Source of the DNA: Basidiobolus meristosporus CBS 931.73
Lineage: Eukaryota; Fungi; Basidiobolomycota
NCBI GenBank assembly: GCA_002104905.1
Contig: MCFE01000363.1
Location: 23,270 to 87,269 of the forward strand
Direction: 5' to 3'
DNA length: 64,000 nucleotides
The translations under genes were made by a program, and so were the position numbers. A model generated the notes under the pieces. It did no database searches and was not told the origin of the DNA. It worked only from the letters and a program-made list of their open reading frames with translations. Shown in pieces: positions 61,878 to 64,000 of this stretch (positions are counted from its first letter, which is position 1; every line of letters starts with the position of its first letter).

Positions 61878-62697
61878 CAAGCTGTCACTCTCTGCAGTGT
61901 CTACTACTGCTATTACTGGAATTTTTCCCTCTGCTGAAAAGTTGGATGGCTCTAACTACCAAGTATGGAAGGTGAAGATGAAGATGCTGCTACAAGAAAG
62001 AGGCCTTTGGGATATTGTCATGGGAGAAGAATGCCCTCCTAAAAACGTGGGAGAGGAAGCCTTGAAGTACCAGAAGAAAGAACAAAGTGCCTTTAACTAC
62101 ATTTGCCTTAATGTCAAGGACAAATTGCTAATTCAATGCTCAAGAGCAAAAACAGCAAAGAATGCCTGGAAGGCATTAGAAGACACCTACCAGTCATGTT
62201 CAGCTGCCAAGAAAATGTATCTGAGAAGAAAATTCTTTACTACAAAGATGCTGCCAGGAGAAGAAATGAAAAATGTAATTAACAGAATTACCCTGCTGGT
62301 AGATGAGATGGAATCTGTGGGCGTACCAACTACTGATGAGAATGTGATAGTTACCATCCTGAATAGCCTGACAGACGAGTTTCAGGGCCTTGTATCAGCC
62401 CTAGAGTCCAGAACTGAAGATTTGACCTTAAATTATGTATATGGAAGGCTCCTGGATGAAGAATTAAGAAAATCAAGCGCCAATAAGAAGGAAGAAGAAA
62501 ATGCTTTAATAAGCAATGATAACCAACAAAGGAGGTACCCAAGACCCTACAAAGGCAACAGCAACCTATTTTGCAACTACTGCAAAAGGAAAGGACACAC
62601 ATCAGACCAGTGTTTCAAAAGAGAGATTATCAGCAAAAGAAGCCTGAATATGGAAATGCTGCAACAACTGAAGATAGACTATTCATATCTGCACTAA
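61870..62697 (+). CDS. Copia gag (DUF4219 + Retrotran_gag_2 + CCHC zinc knuckle)
   Basis: KLDGSNYQVWKVKMKMLLQERGLW, AKNAWKALEDTY, ILNSLTDEF, CNYCKRKGHTSDQC. The frame ends shortly after the knuckle. Confidence 0.93.
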   Translation: MSPKLSLSAVSTTAITGIFPSAEKLDGSNYQVWKVKMKMLLQERGLWDIVMGEECPPKNVGEEALKYQKKEQSAFNYICLNVKDKLLIQCSRAKTAKNAWKALEDTYQSCSAAKKMYLRRKFFTTKMLPGEEMKNVINRITLLVDEMESVGVPTTDENVIVTILNSLTDEFQGLVSALESRTEDLTLNYVYGRLLDEELRKSSANKKEEENALISNDNQQRRYPRPYKGNSNLFCNYCKRKGHTSDQCFKREIISKRSLNMEMLQQLKIDYSYLH

Positions 62698-64000
62698 ATA
62701 TGACCACAAACAAGGATTCTCAGACGTGGTATATTGACTCTGGAGCTTATCAACACTTTACACGCCAAAAAGAAGTTTTTACCCAATATCAAGAAATTCC
62801 AATTAAGAAGGTTTTCATGGGTGACAATAGAACACTTGATGCAGTGGGAGAAGGAACTATCCAAGTAAACCTTAGAAGCAGTGAAGGAAGCCATACACTG
62901 ACCTTTAAAGAAGTACTCTATGTACCAGAAATAGCCAAGAATCTACTCTCTGTAAGCAAGGCCACAGCAGAAGGACTCAGTTTCAGTTTTGACAATTCTG
63001 GATGCAGGATCACTGATCAAAATGGTTCTCACATTGCTTTGGGCATCAGAGATCAGAATCTATACAAGTTGACTTATATTCCATCATATCTGGAAGCCAA
63101 TATAAGTAACTTAAATGAAGAAACACCAATGCTTTGGCACAGGAGATTTGGACACATCAGTTTTGATTATTTGTGTAAAATGATCAAAGATCAGCTAATT
63201 TCTGGAGTGAAAATTGATCCCCCAGCTAATTTGGAGCACTATGAAGCCTGCATATATGGGAAACAAGCCAGACAACCGTTCAAGAGCTCTGGGTTAATCA
63301 AAACTAAGAAAAAATTAGATCTAATTCACTCAGATCTGTGTGGACCTATGCAAAATTTATTCTTATGTGGGATGAAGTATTTAATCACTTTTATTGATGA
63401 TTATACAAGATACACGTGGGTCTACTTCATGGAGAGAAAGGAAGAAGCTCTGTCTAAGCTCAGGGAGTTTAAAGCCATGGTGGAGAGAGAAACTGGTGAG
63501 AAAATCAAGAAAATACGCTCTGACAATGGTGGAGAATATACCTCAAAACTCTTCATCCACTTCTGCAAAATTCATGGGATAAAGCAAGAGACTACTGTAC
63601 CATACTCCCCACAGCAAAATGGAGTAGCAGAACAAGCTAACAGATCAATAATTGATATGGCAAGATCTATGATCCATGATCAAAAATTATCCTATGATTT
63701 TTGGGCGGAATCAGTTGCCACTGCTGTATATCTTAAAAATAGGAGTTATAGCAGAGTACTGCGTGATTCTACTCCATTTGAAGCATGGTATGGATACAGA
63801 CCAAGTGCAAAACATCTAAGAATATTTGGGTGTACAGCATATGCCAAAAAAATGGCCGGAAATCAGTCAAAATTTGAGCCAAAAAGTGTAAAATGCATAT
63901 TTTTGGGCTACTGCAATGAGAGTAAGGCATACAGACTCTACAATACCAAAGCAAAGAAGCTTATCAAGTCCAGGGATGTGTTGTCTGATGAAAATTCAAA
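62613..64000 (+). CDS. Copia pol (protease, GAG-pre-integrase, integrase core), in the -1 frame relative to gag and open to the window end
   Basis: WYIDSGAYQHF (protease), VLYVPEIAKNLLSVS, LWHRRFGH, LIHSDLCGP, FIDDYTRYTW, IRSDNGGEY, PYSPQQNGVAEQANR, LRIFGC, KCIFLGY. It is absent from the ORF track because it has no stop within the window. The start coordinate is approximate (frameshift zone). Confidence 0.93.

Larger units (their letters stand above)
61536..64000 (+). mobile_element. Ty1/copia LTR retrotransposon, 5' part (LTR, PBS, gag, protease, integrase); continues beyond the window
   Basis: LTR at 61536-61865 (TGTTG...CAACA), PBS at 61866-61877, and copia domain order gag-PR-IN. Confidence 0.97.

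Noticed and set aside
1-64000. tRNA/rRNA genes
   Set aside because: No cloverleaf with a T-loop GTTCRA in a proper stem context and no rRNA-like segment was seen by eye. A tRNAscan-SE/Infernal run would be needed to exclude them formally.

Overview
This is a eukaryotic window from an early-diverging fungus (Zoopagomycota/Mucoromycota-like). The inference rests on short GT-AG introns with CTAAC-type branch points, a bacterial/plant-type LeuA and a SWEET transporter. Intact genes: the 3' end of an RNA-dependent RNA polymerase, a full ABCB/MDR transporter, a TLC-domain membrane protein, a P-type II cation ATPase, a Cla4-type PAK kinase, an alpha-arrestin, a CreA/Mig1-type C2H2 factor, a probably GPI-anchored chitin deacetylase, 2-isopropylmalate synthase, a small secreted beta/gamma-crystallin-like protein and a SWEET. 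There is also a four-exon gene, not visible in the ORF track, encoding a kinase-less protein with two CRIB/PBD motifs. Between the genes lie CpG-poor transposon blocks dominated by one Ty1/copia LTR family. This family includes a copia element running off the right edge, solo LTRs and fragments, and a very young 3.3-kb non-autonomous element whose interior is decayed (LTRs differ at 2 of 349 positions; ATACT target-site duplication). Weaker remnants of LINE, Tc1, Harbinger and Ty3/gypsy elements are also present. No tRNA, rRNA or CRISPR array was recognised. All gene models and alignments were made by eye; no database searches were run.
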